From: the human T2T-CHM13v2.0 reference genome, Homo sapiens | Assembly (NCBI RefSeq): GCF_009914755.1 | Contig: NC_060933.1 | Length of the DNA stretch: 64,000 nt | Direction: 5' to 3' (one strand) | Part shown: piece by piece, positions 30,871-44,020 of the stretch | Layout: every line of letters starts with the position of its first letter | Position numbering within the stretch: the stretch's first letter is position 1 | Made by a program: the position numbers and the translations under genes | The notes under the pieces: generated by a model | Database searches by the model: none | What the model saw: only the letters and a program-made list of their open reading frames with translations | What the model was told of the DNA's origin: nothing

Positions 30871-33800
30871 CAGGGTAGCGAACATCCAAAATCTGAAATG
30901 CTCCAAAATCTGAAGTTTCTGTTTTGTTTAACTTGTATTTTAGTTTCAGGGGTACATGTGCAGATTTGTTATATAGGTAAACTTGTGTCACCGGGATTTG
31001 ATGGACAGATTATTTTGTCATCCAGGTACTAAGCCTGGTACCCAATAGTTAATTTTCTTAAACCTTTCCCTCCTTCCATCCTCCCACTGCTGGTAGGCCC
31101 AAGTGTGTGTTATCCTCTTTGTGTCCATGTGTTCTCATCATTTAGCTCCCACTTATAAATGAGAACATGTGGTATTTGGTTTTCTGTTCCTGTGTTAGTT
31201 TGCTAAGGATAATGGCCTCCAGCTTCATCCATGTTCTTGCAAAGGACATGATCTCATTCTTTTTATGGCTGCATAGTATACCATGGCATATATGTACCAT
31301 ATTTTCTTTATTTAGTCTTCCGTTGATGGGCATTTAGGTTGATTCCATGTCTTTACTATTGTGAATAGTGCTGCAGTGAGCATACACATGTCTTTATGAC
31401 AGAATGATTTATATTCCTTTGGGTATATACCCAGTAATGGGATTGCTGGGTTGAATGGTAGTTCTGTATTTAACTTTTCAAGGAATCGCCACACTGCTTT
31501 TCACAATGGTTGAACAAATTTACACTCCCACCAACAGTGTATAAGAATTCCCTTTTCTCTGCAATCTTGCCAGTATCTGTAATTTCTTGACTTTTTCATA
31601 ATAGCCATTCTGACTGGTGTGAGATGGTGTCTCATCGTGGTTTTGATTTGCATTTCTCTAATAATCAGTGATGTTGAGCTTTTTTTCATATGCTTGTTGG
31701 CCACATGTATGTCTTCTTTTGAAAGGTGTCTGTTCACATTCTTTGTCCACTTTTTAATGGGATTGTTTGTTTTTTGCTTGAACGTTTAAGTTTCTTAAAG
31801 ATACTGGATATTAGGCCTTTGTCAGATGCATAGGTTGCAATTACTTTCTCCCATTCTATAGGTTATTTGTTTACTCTGTTGGCAGTTTGCTATGCAGAAG
31901 CTCTTTAGTTTAATTAGATGCCAAAAGTTTTTGCTTTTGTTGCAGTTGCTTTTCGAATCTTTGTCATGAAATCTTTGCTCATTCCTATGTCTAGAATGGT
32001 ATTGCCTAAGTTTTCTTCCAGGCATTTGATAGTTTTAGGTTTTACATTTACGTTTTTAATCCATCTTGAGTTGATTTTATATGTGGTGTAAGGAAGGGGT
32101 CCAGTTTCTGTTTTCTTCATATCACTAGCCAATTATGCCAGCACCATTTATTGACTAGGAAGCCTTTCCCCATTGCTTGTTTTGTCAGCATTGTTGAAGA
32201 TCAGATGGTCTTAGATGTGTGGCCTTATTTCTGGGCTCTCCACTCTGTTCCATTTGTCTATGTTTCTGTTTTTATATCAGTACCATGCTGTTTTGGTTAC
32301 TGTAGCCCTGTAGTAGAGTTTGAAGTTGGGTAGTTTTATGACTCCTGCTTTGCTCTTCTTTTCTTAGGATTGCCTTGGCTAGGGCTCTCTTTGGGTTCCA
32401 TATGAATTTTAAAATAGTCTTTTTCTGGTTCTGTGAAACATGTCATTGGTAGTATAATAAAAGTAGCACTGAATCTGTAAATTGCATTGACCATATAGCC
32501 ATTGAAATATTAATTCTTCCTATCCATGAGTATGGAATGTTTTTACATTTGTTTGTGTCATCTCTGATTTCCTTGAGCAGTGTTTTGTAGTTCTCACTAT
32601 AGAGATATTTCACCTTTCTGGTTAGCTCTATTCCTAGGTATTTTATTCTTTTTGTCACAATTGTGATGGGGTTATGTTCCTAGTTTGGACTTTGTTTGGC
32701 TGTTCTTGGTTTATTGGAATGCTAGTGATTTTTGTACCTTGATTTTGTATCCTGAAACTTTGCTGAAGTTGTTTTCCAGCTTAAGGAGCTTTGGGGCTGA
32801 AACTATGGGGTTTGCTAGATATAGAATCATGTCATCTGCAAACAGGGATAGTTTGACTTCCTCTCTTCCTATTTGGATGCCCTTTCTTTCTTTTGGCTGA
32901 TTGCTCTGGTTAGGATTTCCAATATTATTTTGAAAAGGGGTGGTGAGAGAGAGAATCCTTGTCTTGTACTTGTGTTCAAGGGGAATGCCTCTAGCTTTTG
33001 CCTATTCAGTTTAATGTTTATTTTGAGGTACGTTCCTTCAATACCTAGTGTGTTGAGAGTTTTTAAGAAAGGATGGTAAAATTTATTGAAAGCCTTTTAT
33101 TTATCTAATGAGATGATCATGTGGTTTTTGTCTTTAGTTCTGTTTAAGGGATGTATCACTTTTATTGATTTGTGTATGTTGAACCAATCTTGCATGCCAG
33201 GGATAAAGCCTACTTGTTCATGGTGGATTAGCTTTTTGATATGCTGCTTAATTTTGTTTGCTAGTATTTTGTTGAGAATTTTTACATCAATGTTTATTGA
33301 GGATATTGGCCTGAAGTTTTACTTTTGCGTTGGGTCTCTGCCAGGTTTGGTATCAGGATGATGCTGGACTCATAGTATGAGTTGGAGAGAAATCCCTCCT
33401 CCTCAGTTTTTGGAATAGTTTTAGTAGGTATGGTACTAGCTCTTCTTTGTACATCTGGTAGAATTCAACTGTGTATTCATCTGGTTCTGGTCATTTTTTG
33501 GTTGGTAGACTATTTATTACTGATTCAATTTTGGAACTTCTTATTGGTTTGTGTAGGGATTCAATTTCTTCTTGTTTCAGCCTTAGGAGGGTGTAGTATC
33601 CAGGAATTTATTCGTTTCTTTGAGAATTCTAGTTTGTGTGAATAGAGGTGTTCATAATAGTATTTGATGGTTATTTTTAATTCTGTGGGGTCAGTAGTAA
33701 TATCCCTTTTGTCATTTCTGAATTTCTGATTGTGTTTACTTGGATATGCTCTCGTTTCTTTTTTATTAGTCTGGCTAGCTATCTTACTATTTTTTTCCAA

Positions 33801-34479
33801 AAAGCATATCCTGGCTTCGTTGATCTTTCTAATTTTTTGTGTGTCTCAGTCTCCTTCAGTTCAGCTCTGACTTTGGTTATTTCTTGTTTTCTGCTACCTT
33901 GGGGGTTGGTTTTCTCTTTCTTCTCTGGTTCTTTTAGTTGTGATGTTAAGTTGTCAATTAGATCTTTCTAACTTTTTGATGTGGGCGTTTAGTGCTATAA
34001 ATTATCCTCTGTACACTGCTTTAGTTGTGTGTCCCAGATATTCTGGTATGTTGTATCTTTATTCTCATTAGTTTCAAAGAACTTCTTGATTTCTGCCTTA
34101 ATTTCATTATTTACCTAAAAGTAATTCAGGAGCAGATTGTTTAATTTTCATGCACTGTATGGATTTGAGTGATTTTCTTAGTCTTGAATTCTATTTTTAT
34201 TGTGCTGTGGTCTGAGAGAATGGTTGGTATTATTTTGGTTCTTTTGCATTGATGAGGATTATTTCATGTCTGATTGTGTGATTGATAAAATCTGAAGTTT
34301 CTGAGCACTAACAAACATGATGCTCAAAGGAAATTCTCATTGGAGCATTTTGGATTTTAGATTTTTGAATTAGGGATGTTGAGCCAGTAAGTACAATGCA
34401 AATATGCCAAAATTCAAAAGAATCCAAAATCTTAAAAACTTCTTGTTGCAAGCATTTAGAATAACAGATACTTAACTTG
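30871..34479. mobile_element. Tigger4a/MER46A-like DNA transposon split by an L1PA (pieces 30871-30921 and 34287-34479)
   Basis: TA-flanked CAGG..AACTTG ends. ATGCTCCAAAATCTGAA..ATGATGCTCAAAGGAAATTCTCATTGGAGCATTTTGGATTT matches the recalled consensus. Confidence 0.8.
30922..34286 (-). mobile_element. 5'-truncated L1PA13-15-like element (about 3.4 kb)
   Basis: Antisense 3' UTR GGTACATGTGCAGATTTGTTATATAGGTAAAC and several broken ORF2 ORFs. Perfect 17-bp TSD AAAATCTGAAGTTTCTG (30905-30921, 34287-34303). Confidence 0.95.
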
Positions 34480-34997
34480 TATCTGTGATACTGAAGTTAG
34501 ATAATGAAGAACGTTGTAAACCATTTTAAAGAATTATAAATATTATAGTACCTAATGGGGAGAAAGAAGAAGATTTTGAACACAAGAGTGACAGTCTGAG
34601 TTGCATTTTTAATAGTGTGGAGCGTGGACATAGGAGTAAGTGAAACTCGAGACATGAGAAACATTGAGAGGCTATTTCAAGAGTCTTAATATGGAATAAT
34701 GGGGATGTAGACATTATCCATAGGAAGGAATATATTTACACAGGAATTGTAAGGCTATATTTGTTTTTAAACTCTTACTGAGTATACTTTCCCTAACTCA
34801 GCTCCAGACATATGGGTCTCTCTACTTTTCCTCAATATGGGAGATATGTCCCTAATTCAGAGTCTTTATATAGGCTGTAAATCCTGGTACCGATGTGGCC
34901 TATACTCTCTTCTTCATTAAAGTATTGCTTAAATCTTATCTTCTCATTAAGTCTTACCTTAAGTCTTCAATTAAAGTTGCACACCACCATTTCCTAC

Positions 34998-37044
34998 TAT
35001 GGTAGTTTGCAGTACTTTTTCAAAACACTTTTTCAAAACATTCTTTTATTGCAATCTAAAAACACTCCTCTGTTAGCGTGTGACTTCAAGTGCCTCACTG
35101 TAAGAGAAACAAATATTCTCGTGCCAGTGACACTGGATTTGGCCATGTGTCTTACTTTGGACAATGGACTGTAGAAAGACAAAATGTATATCACATTCTA
35201 GGCTAATCTTTGAATATTCCTCTGAAATATTCAGTTTTTATTTTTTTAAACTCTTCCATTAGTATAGCATTTAAGCCTGGATCCTAAAATAAAGAAGACA
35301 TGTAGAGAAGAACCATAGGAAACTAGAGCTGTTACAATCTAATTAGTTATGAGAGAGAAATAAAACTTTATTCTTATATCCATTTGTTTTACTAAAATAT
35401 AAAGAGATGTACATCAACTGATATAGAAAATGGTAAGTAGAAGTAGGTTTCTTTCATAAGAAAAATCCTACAATACATGGGATCAAATGTGGTCTTAAGT
35501 AAGCTCCTGTTGAACACTCAAATGATAGAAAGCCATGTTATCCAGTGACAGAACATTGAGTAAAACTGTCACCTGTAGTATTTAGTACAGAAAATGTAGT
35601 AAAACTGTTACTGTGATATGTCACCTAAGGAAGATAATAAGTTGATGGTTACTGGGCTTCACATAGTTTCTATCAGCTACATCTGATTGGGTATTTAAAA
35701 AACAAAAAAAAACAAAAACTCAGAAAACAATTAACTGGCCAGCAAGCATGCTAAAAGGGAAAAGAGAATCCAAAAATTTCAGTAGCTACAGTATAGAAAG
35801 ATGCAACTCTCATAACAAAAAGGTAAGAAAAAAATCAAGAAATGCTTTGAGAAACAATGACAAATAATTAAGGCAACCTTAAAGCAAAAGCCAACTTGAG
35901 GGCATGCCAATCTTATTATTTGCTATAGCCTCTGAATAATTTCAGTTGATTCATGATAAATCCTTTCAATTGACTAAAATGGCTTAGTGAAAATAAACTA
36001 ATAGTGAGCTTCTTTCACATTATCCTTATAAATTAAACATAATGAGAATGAAATTTATAGAACATATCTTTAATCTTTAAAATACTCTATACTTTTTGAT
36101 GTGTCTATTGGCATGTAGAAAAAATTGCCATCAAGTAGGTAAAAAGCCAAAAAAAATCTTTTTTCAGTGAATTGCACTGCCAAATGAACCATCAGCTAAA
36201 AATGAAAGACTGTTATTATCAAATTTTAAAATAACTCTTGGATTCCTAAACTTCTACAGGCAAAAACAGGTTGAGACATTAACTTATTCCAATAGAGGAT
36301 ATAGTCTCCTTTTCAGATGTGGCCAAGAAGGATACTGAACTTCAAGGGAAGAGCCAAGATTCAAAAAGAATGGATGGAGGTCCTCCTCCTATGCAGTAGA
36401 AGTTTTACTTTCAAGAAAATGCTTTTCATCCAACATAGAAGACTCTTGCAAATATCTGTATTTCTTGGTTTCAGAATTTTTACATACCAGTAATGGCAAT
36501 GTTCCTCCTATTCTTTCCTTTTCTCAAAGGAAGTGTTTATTGTCATAAATATGTCCTTGTTTCTCCATTATATCTTAAGGATGGAGACATAACCTTCCAT
36601 TTTATTCACATATCTTTAGACTAAGAAAAGTGATATGTAAAACATATTTAAAATTGTGGACATTAAGTGAATATTGAGGTATCTTTGTATCTTTCTTAGT
36701 GATGGGGCGAATGATGTTGAATAAAAAAGGAAGGAAACTTAATATCTGTTACCAAGATAGTAGATTCTGGTATATTAGAGTATTAGATAAGACTATGTAT
36801 GAGAGTGTTGCTCCCATTATATATCCACCTCACCTGACTGTAGGAATATTGTATTTATGTTTCTTCCTTTTCTTAAAAAATGGCATTCTTTCTATCTGAA
36901 TACTGAAATTAACCAGACATGTGGAGCAGAGCCAGAGCTGACCTACCACTGCTGCAGATCATATCAAGTGAGAGTGAGAAATATTTCTGTTGCAAATCAT
37001 TGAGTTTGTTAAAGTCGTTTGTTACCACAGTAAGAACTAACACA
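34998..37044 (+). mobile_element. Ancient MaLR provirus (MLT1J-like): LTR about 34998-35425, internal about 35426-36765, LTR about 36766-37044
   Basis: Both LTRs share GACATGT(A/G)GAG..GAGAAATA..ACT(G/A)A(T/C)A(T/C)A. The internal region starts GAAAATGGTAAGTAGAAGTAGG, like MLT1-int. Flanks are CCTAC / CCCGC. Confidence 0.6.
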
Positions 37045-37049
37045 CCCGC

Positions 37050-37310
37050 TCAATTTCAAACTCATTTTTTCACAATTCCTTTTAATTTGATCTTTATTTT
37101 TTTATTAATGTGATTTTTCTCCTAGTACATATTACTTTCAACATCCAATATAGTTTATGCATTTATAATGGTTATTGTGAACTGTATGACCATTTTATTA
37201 GATTATAAGCCATAAGAAGTCAGGGATTCTTTCTTTCACATTTTGTTTGGTAATGTATCTGGAGTACAAAAAGCAAAATATGGACTTAAATATTTGTAGA
37301 ATGAATGAAT
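37050..37310 (+). mobile_element. L2 3' end
   Basis: TAGATTATAAGCCATAAGAAGTCAGGGA..AAATATTTGTAGAATGAATGAAT. Confidence 0.6.
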
Positions 37311-37687
37311 CATGCTGTCATAAAACTTGTGGCAAATAAATGCTAGGGAAAAAATTTGGAATTAAGCTCATCCTGTAGAGGTAACCTATATTAAAAATTT
37401 GAAAATTCTAACACATAGCAACAGTTATCACGAATGTTATTGGTGGAGGGATAGAAAAATAGATCAATGAAACAGAATAAAGAAACCAAAAATAGATTTT
37501 TGCTTAACCGATTTTTGAAAACAGGTGCAAAGGTAATGAAATGGTAGCAGCATAGCCTTTTCAAAAAATGGTGCTAGAAGAAATGTACATCTAGAGGCAA
37601 AAAAGAAAAAAAATGATATCTTTGACATAATATTCACAATTATTTTTAAAAACTCAGAATGAATTATGGATTTAAATGTAAAACATA

Positions 37688-39900
37688 TCCTGAGACTTTG
37701 CTGAAGTTGCTTATCAGCTTAAGGAGATTTTGGGCTGAGACGATGGGGTTTTTCTAAATATACAATCACGTCATCTGCAAACAGAGACAATTTGACTTCC
37801 TCTTTTCCTATAAGAATACCCTTTATTTCTTTCTCTTGCCTGATTGCCCTGGCCAGAACTTCCAATACTATGTTGAATAGGAGTGGTGAGAGAGGGCATC
37901 CTTGTCTTGTGCCGATTTTCAAAGGGATTGTTTCCAGCTTTTGCCCACTCAGTATGATATTGGCTATGGGTTTGTCATAAATAGCTCTTACTATTTTGAG
38001 ATATGTTCCATCAATACCTAGTTTATTTAGAGTTTTTAGCACAAAGCAATGTTGAATTTTATCAAAGGCCTTTTCTGCATCTATTGAGATAATTATGTGG
38101 TTTTTGTCATTGGTTCTGTTTATGTGATGGATTACATTTATTGATTTGTGTATGTTGAACCAGTTTTGCATCCCACAGATGATGTGCTGCTGGATTTGGT
38201 TTGCCAGTACTTTATTGAGGATTTTTCTCATCAATGTTCATGAGGGATATTGGCCTTAAATTTTCTTTTTTAGTTGTGTCTCTCCCAGGTTTTGGTATCA
38301 GGATGATGCTGGCCTCATAAAATGAGTGAGGGAGGAGTCCCTCTTTTTCTATTGTTTAGAATAGTTTCAGAAGGAAAGGTGCCAGTTCCTTGTTATACCT
38401 CTGGTAGAATACGGCTGTCAATCCATCCCATTCTTGGCTTTTTTTTGGTTGGTAGGCTATTCGTTCCTGCCTCAATTTCAGAACTTGTTATTGGTCTTTT
38501 CAGAGATTTGATTTCTTCCTCGTTTAGTCTTGGAAGGGTGTTTTAGTCTTGCAAGGGTGTTTGTGTCCAGGAATTTATCCATTTTTCTAGATTTTCTAGG
38601 TTTTTTGCGTAGAGGTGTTTATAGTATTCTCTGATGGTACTTTGTATTTCTGTGGTATCAATGGTGATCTCTCCTTTACAATATTTTATTGTCTCCATTT
38701 GATTCTTCTCTCTTTTCTTGTTAGTCTGTCTAGCAGTGTATCTGTCTATTTTGTTAATCTTTTCAAAAAACCAGCTCCTGGATTCATTGAGTTTTGAAGT
38801 GTTTTTCATGTCTCTATCTCCTACAGTTCTGCTCTGATCTTAGTTATTTCTTGTCTTCTGCTAGCTTTTGAATTTGTTTTCTCTTACTTCTCTAGTTCCT
38901 TTAATTGTGATGTTAGTGTGTCCATTTTAGATCTTTCCCGCTTTCTCCAGTGGGCATTTAGTGCTATAAATTTCCCTCTAAGCACTCCTTTAGCTGTGTC
39001 CCAGAGATTCTGGTATGTTGTGTCTTTGTCCTCATTGGTTTCAAAGAACATCTTTATTTCTGCCTTCATTTCGTTATTTACCCAGTTGTCATTCAGGAGC
39101 AGGTTGTTCAGTTTCCATGTAGTTGTGCAGTTTTGAGTGAGTTTCTTAATCCTGAATTCCAATTTGATTGCACTGTGGCCTGAGATACTGTTTATTATGA
39201 TTTCCATTCTTTTGAATTTGCTGAGGAGTATTTTACTTCCAATTATGTGGTCAATTCTAGAATAAGTGCTATGTGGTGCTGAGAAGAATGTATAGTCTGT
39301 TGATTTGGGGTGGAGAGTTCTGTAGATGTCTATTAGGTCCGTTTGGTCCAGAGCTGAGTTCAACTCCTGAATATCCTTGTTAACTTTCTGTCTCAGTGAT
39401 CTAATATTGACAGTGGGGTGTTAAAGTCTCCCACTATTATTTTGTGGGAGTCTAAGTCTCTTTGTAGGTCTATAAGAACTTAATTTATGAATTTTAGTGT
39501 GCCTGTATTGGGTGCATATATATTTAATATATATTTAGGATAGTTATCTCTTCTTGTTGCATTGATCCCTTTACCATTATATAATGCCCTTCTTTGTCTT
39601 TTTTAATCTTTGTTGGTTTAAAGTCAGTTTTATCAGAGACTAGTATTGCACCTCCACTTTTTTGTTTGTTTGTTTGCTTTCCATTTGCTTAGTAAATCTC
39701 CATCCCTTTATTTTGAGCCTATGTGTGTCTTTGCATGTGAGATGGGTCAGCTGAATACAGCAACCGATGTGTCCTGGCTCTTTATCCAATTAGCCAGTCT
39801 GTGTCTTTTAATTGTGGCATTTAGCCTGTTTACATTTAAGATTAATATTGTTATGTGTGAATTTGATCCTGTCATTATGATACCAGCAGGTTATTTCACG
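37688..39900 (-). mobile_element. L1PA7-like inverted segment (ORF2 start, endonuclease and RT)
   Basis: ORFs 38884-39363 ([17 protein letters not shown], endonuclease) and 37719-38234 ([19 protein letters not shown]). Confidence 0.95.
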
Positions 39901-41592
39901 GACTTTTAAAGGAGAACTACAAACCACTGTTTAAGGAAATAAGGGAGGAAACAAAAAAATTTCCATGCTCATGGGTAGGAAGAATCAATATTGTGAAAAT
40001 GGCCATATTGCCCAAAGTAATTTATAGATTCAATGCTATCCCCATCAAGCTACCATTGACTTTCTTCACAAAATTAGAAAAAACTACTTTAAATTTCATA
40101 TGGAACCAAACAAGAGATTGTATAGCCAAGACAATCCTAAGCAAAAAGAACAAAGCTGGAGGCATCACACTACCTGAATCCAAACTATACTACAAGGCTA
40201 CAGTGGCCAAAACACCATGGTACTGGTACCAAAACAGAGATATAGACCAATGGAATAGAACAGAGCCCTCAGAAATAACACCACACATCTACAAACATCT
40301 AATCTTCGACAAAACTGACAAAAACAAGCAATTGGGAAAGGACTTCCTATTTAATAAATGGTACAAGGAAAACTAGCTAGCCATATGTAGAAAACTGAAA
40401 CTGGACCCCTTCCTTACACCTTATACAAAAATTAACTCAAGATGAAAGAAAGACTTAAACATCAGACCTAAAACCATAAAAACCCTAGAAGAAATCCTAG
40501 GTGATACCATTTAGGGCATAGGCATGGGCAAACACTTTATGACTAAAACAGCAACAGCGATGGTAACAAAAGCCAAAATTGACAAATGGGATTTAATTAA
40601 ACTAAAGAGCTTCTGCACAGCAAAAGAATCTATCATCAGAGTGAACAGGCAACCTACAGAACGGGAGAAAATTTTTGCCATCTATCCATCTGACAAAGGG
40701 ATAATATCCAGAATCTACAAGGAACTTCAACAAATTTACAAGAAAAATACAACCCCATCAAAAAGTGGGCAAAGTATATGAACAGACACTACTCAAAAGA
40801 AGACATTTATGCAGCCAACAAACATACGCAAAAAAGCTCATCATCACTGGTCATTAGAGAAATGCAAATCAAAACCACAATGAGAAACCATCTCACACCA
40901 GTTAGAATGGTGATCACTAAAAAGTCAGGAAACTATAGATGCTGGAGAGGATGTGAAGAAATAGGAATGCTTTTACACTTTTGGTGGCAGTATAAATTAG
41001 TTCAACCATTGTGGAAGACAGTGTGGAGATTCCTCAAGGATCTAGAACCAGAAATGCCATTTGACCCAGCAATCCCATTACTGGGTATATAACCAAAGGA
41101 TTATAAATTATTCCACTATAAAGAAAGACACAGCACACAAATGTTTATTGAAGCACTATTCACAATAGCAAAGACTTGGAACCAACCCAAATGCCCAAGA
41201 CTGGATAAAGAAAATGTGGCACATATACACCATGGAATACTATGCAGCCATAAAAAAGGATGAGTTCATATCCTTGGCAGGGACATGGATGAAGCTGGAA
41301 ACCATCATTCTCAGAAAACTAACATAGGAACAGAAAACCAAACACCACATGTTCTCACTCATAAGCGGGAGTTGAACAATGAGAACAAATGGACACAAGA
41401 AGGGGACTATCACACACTGAAGTCTGTTGGGGGGTAGCAGGATAGGAGAGGAATAGCACTGGGAGAAATACCTAATGTAGATGAGGGGTTGATGGGGGCA
41501 GCAAACCACCATGGCACGTGGATACCTATGTAACAAACCTGCAAGTTCTGCACATGTATCCCAGAACTTAAAGTATAATAAAATAAATAAAT
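39901..41592 (+). mobile_element. L1PA7-like non-inverted 3' segment
   Basis: ORF2 C-terminal ORFs at 39993, 40524 and 40778. The 3' UTR contains CCTAATGTAGATGA..GCAGCAAACCACCATGGCACGTG. TSD AAATGTAAAACATA (37674-37687, 41593-41606). Confidence 0.95.
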
Positions 41593-41782
41593 AAATGTAA
41601 AACATAAAACTATAAAAGTTTTAGGGAACAAAATGAAGAAAATTTTCAGGTTTTAGGGCTTGGCAAAGAATTCTGAGATTGGACACCAAAAGCGTCATCC
41701 ATAAATTGAAAAACTGATTATCTGAATCTCATCAAAATTTAAAACATTTGCTCTCCCAAAGACCCTGTTAAGAAGGTGAAAA

Positions 41783-42127
<345 letters not shown>

Positions 42128-42549
42128 TTACTAAAAAAAGGACTGGTACCTAGAATATATAAGACCTCTCAAAAATCAACCTTAAAGTAATCAAACACTC
42201 CAAATAGAAAATGTGCTGGTATTTTATTGAAGAAGACATACAGATGGCAAATAAGCAAAGGAAGTGATGTTCAACATTACCTTTAGGCAAATGCAAATTA
42301 ACATCACAACCAGATATATTAGCTTACCTGCCTGAATGGCTAAATTAAAAAATAAATGCTGGAGAGGATATAGAGAAATTGAATTACTCATACACTACCT
42401 GTGTGAATGCAATATTGTAAGGCCAATATTGAAAAAACAATTTGGCATTTCTTATAAAACTAAACACTCAATTACCATGTGATTAAACAATTGTACCCTT
42501 GGGCATCTGTCCCACAAAAGTGAAAACTATGTGCACATGAAAACAGTCA

Positions 42550-42866
<317 letters not shown>

Positions 42867-43930
42867 AAAAACAATTATAGCAGTTTTACTTATAACAGCC
42901 AAAAATTGGAAACAACTTGGATGTCCTTGTACAGGTGAATGGTTAAACAAATTGTGGTATACCCATACAATGGAATGCTAATTAGCAATAACAGGGAACA
43001 AATTATTGACATAAGCAACAACTTGGATGAATCTTAAGGAAATTCTACAGTGGAAAAAGGCAAAATCAATAATATATATACTGCAAAATCAATAATATAT
43101 ATACTTTATGAATTTATATAACATTCTTGAACATATTATTTAGATGAATAACATATTAGTGGTTGTTAGGGATCAGATAAGGGTTGGTGTTGGGGAAGGG
43201 AAGTGGCTGTGGCTATAAAAGTATAAAAAGGGATCTTTCTTTGTGGTGATGGAACTGTTTTTTTATCTTGACTGTAGTGGTAGATTACAGAGAAGTAAAC
43301 ATACACACACACACAACTGTAGTGGTAGATTACAAAGAAGTACACACACGCACAGAGTACTTTAAAGCAGGTTAAATCTGAATAAAATTAATGTCAATTT
43401 CACAGTTGTAATATTGTACTGTAGTTTTGCAAAATGTTAACACTGGAAAAACTGGCCAAATAGATATCCCATGTACCCATGGGATATCTCTGCAGTATTT
43501 CTTACAACTGCATATATATACTACTGCCTCAAAATAAATAGCTTCGTTAAAAAATGGTTAAATATATAATTAATTATTATATAAATCATCAAGTCTGCTT
43601 CTACATATTTACCCGTTAGAAATGATAATATATAGATATGTCCACAAAATAAGCTGTATGTAAATGTTCATAGCAGTATTATTCATAATAGTGAAAATCT
43701 AAAAACAATCAATTATCTGGAAATAAGTAAGAAAGAGTGTGAGAAAATATCTTGGTGAAGAGTATTCTACCTAGCAAGAATAGAAAATATACATAACCTA
43801 ACATGAGATCCAGATTGGTATATTCAAGGACTATCCATGAGGTCGGTGTGGCTGGGGTGAGAACCTAAATGAGTGGTAAGAAACAAGGGCAGATAGACAC
43901 ACAATGGATGTGAGAGGTGTGGGCAGACAT

Positions 43931-44020
43931 CATTCAAAGTCATTTAGACTCTTACTCTCAATAAAGGGTCAGCCACATTCAAAGTCATTTAGACTCTTAC
44001 TCTCAAAAAAGGGTCAGCCA
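43931..44020. repeat. 45-bp tandem duplication (1 mismatch)
   Basis: CATTCAAAGTCATTTAGACTCTTACTCTCAA(T/A)AAAGGGTCAGCCA occurs twice. Confidence 0.95.

Noticed and set aside
43060-44020. CRISPR-like repeat array
   Set aside because: These are two-copy tandem duplications without spacers, in primate DNA with no cas genes.
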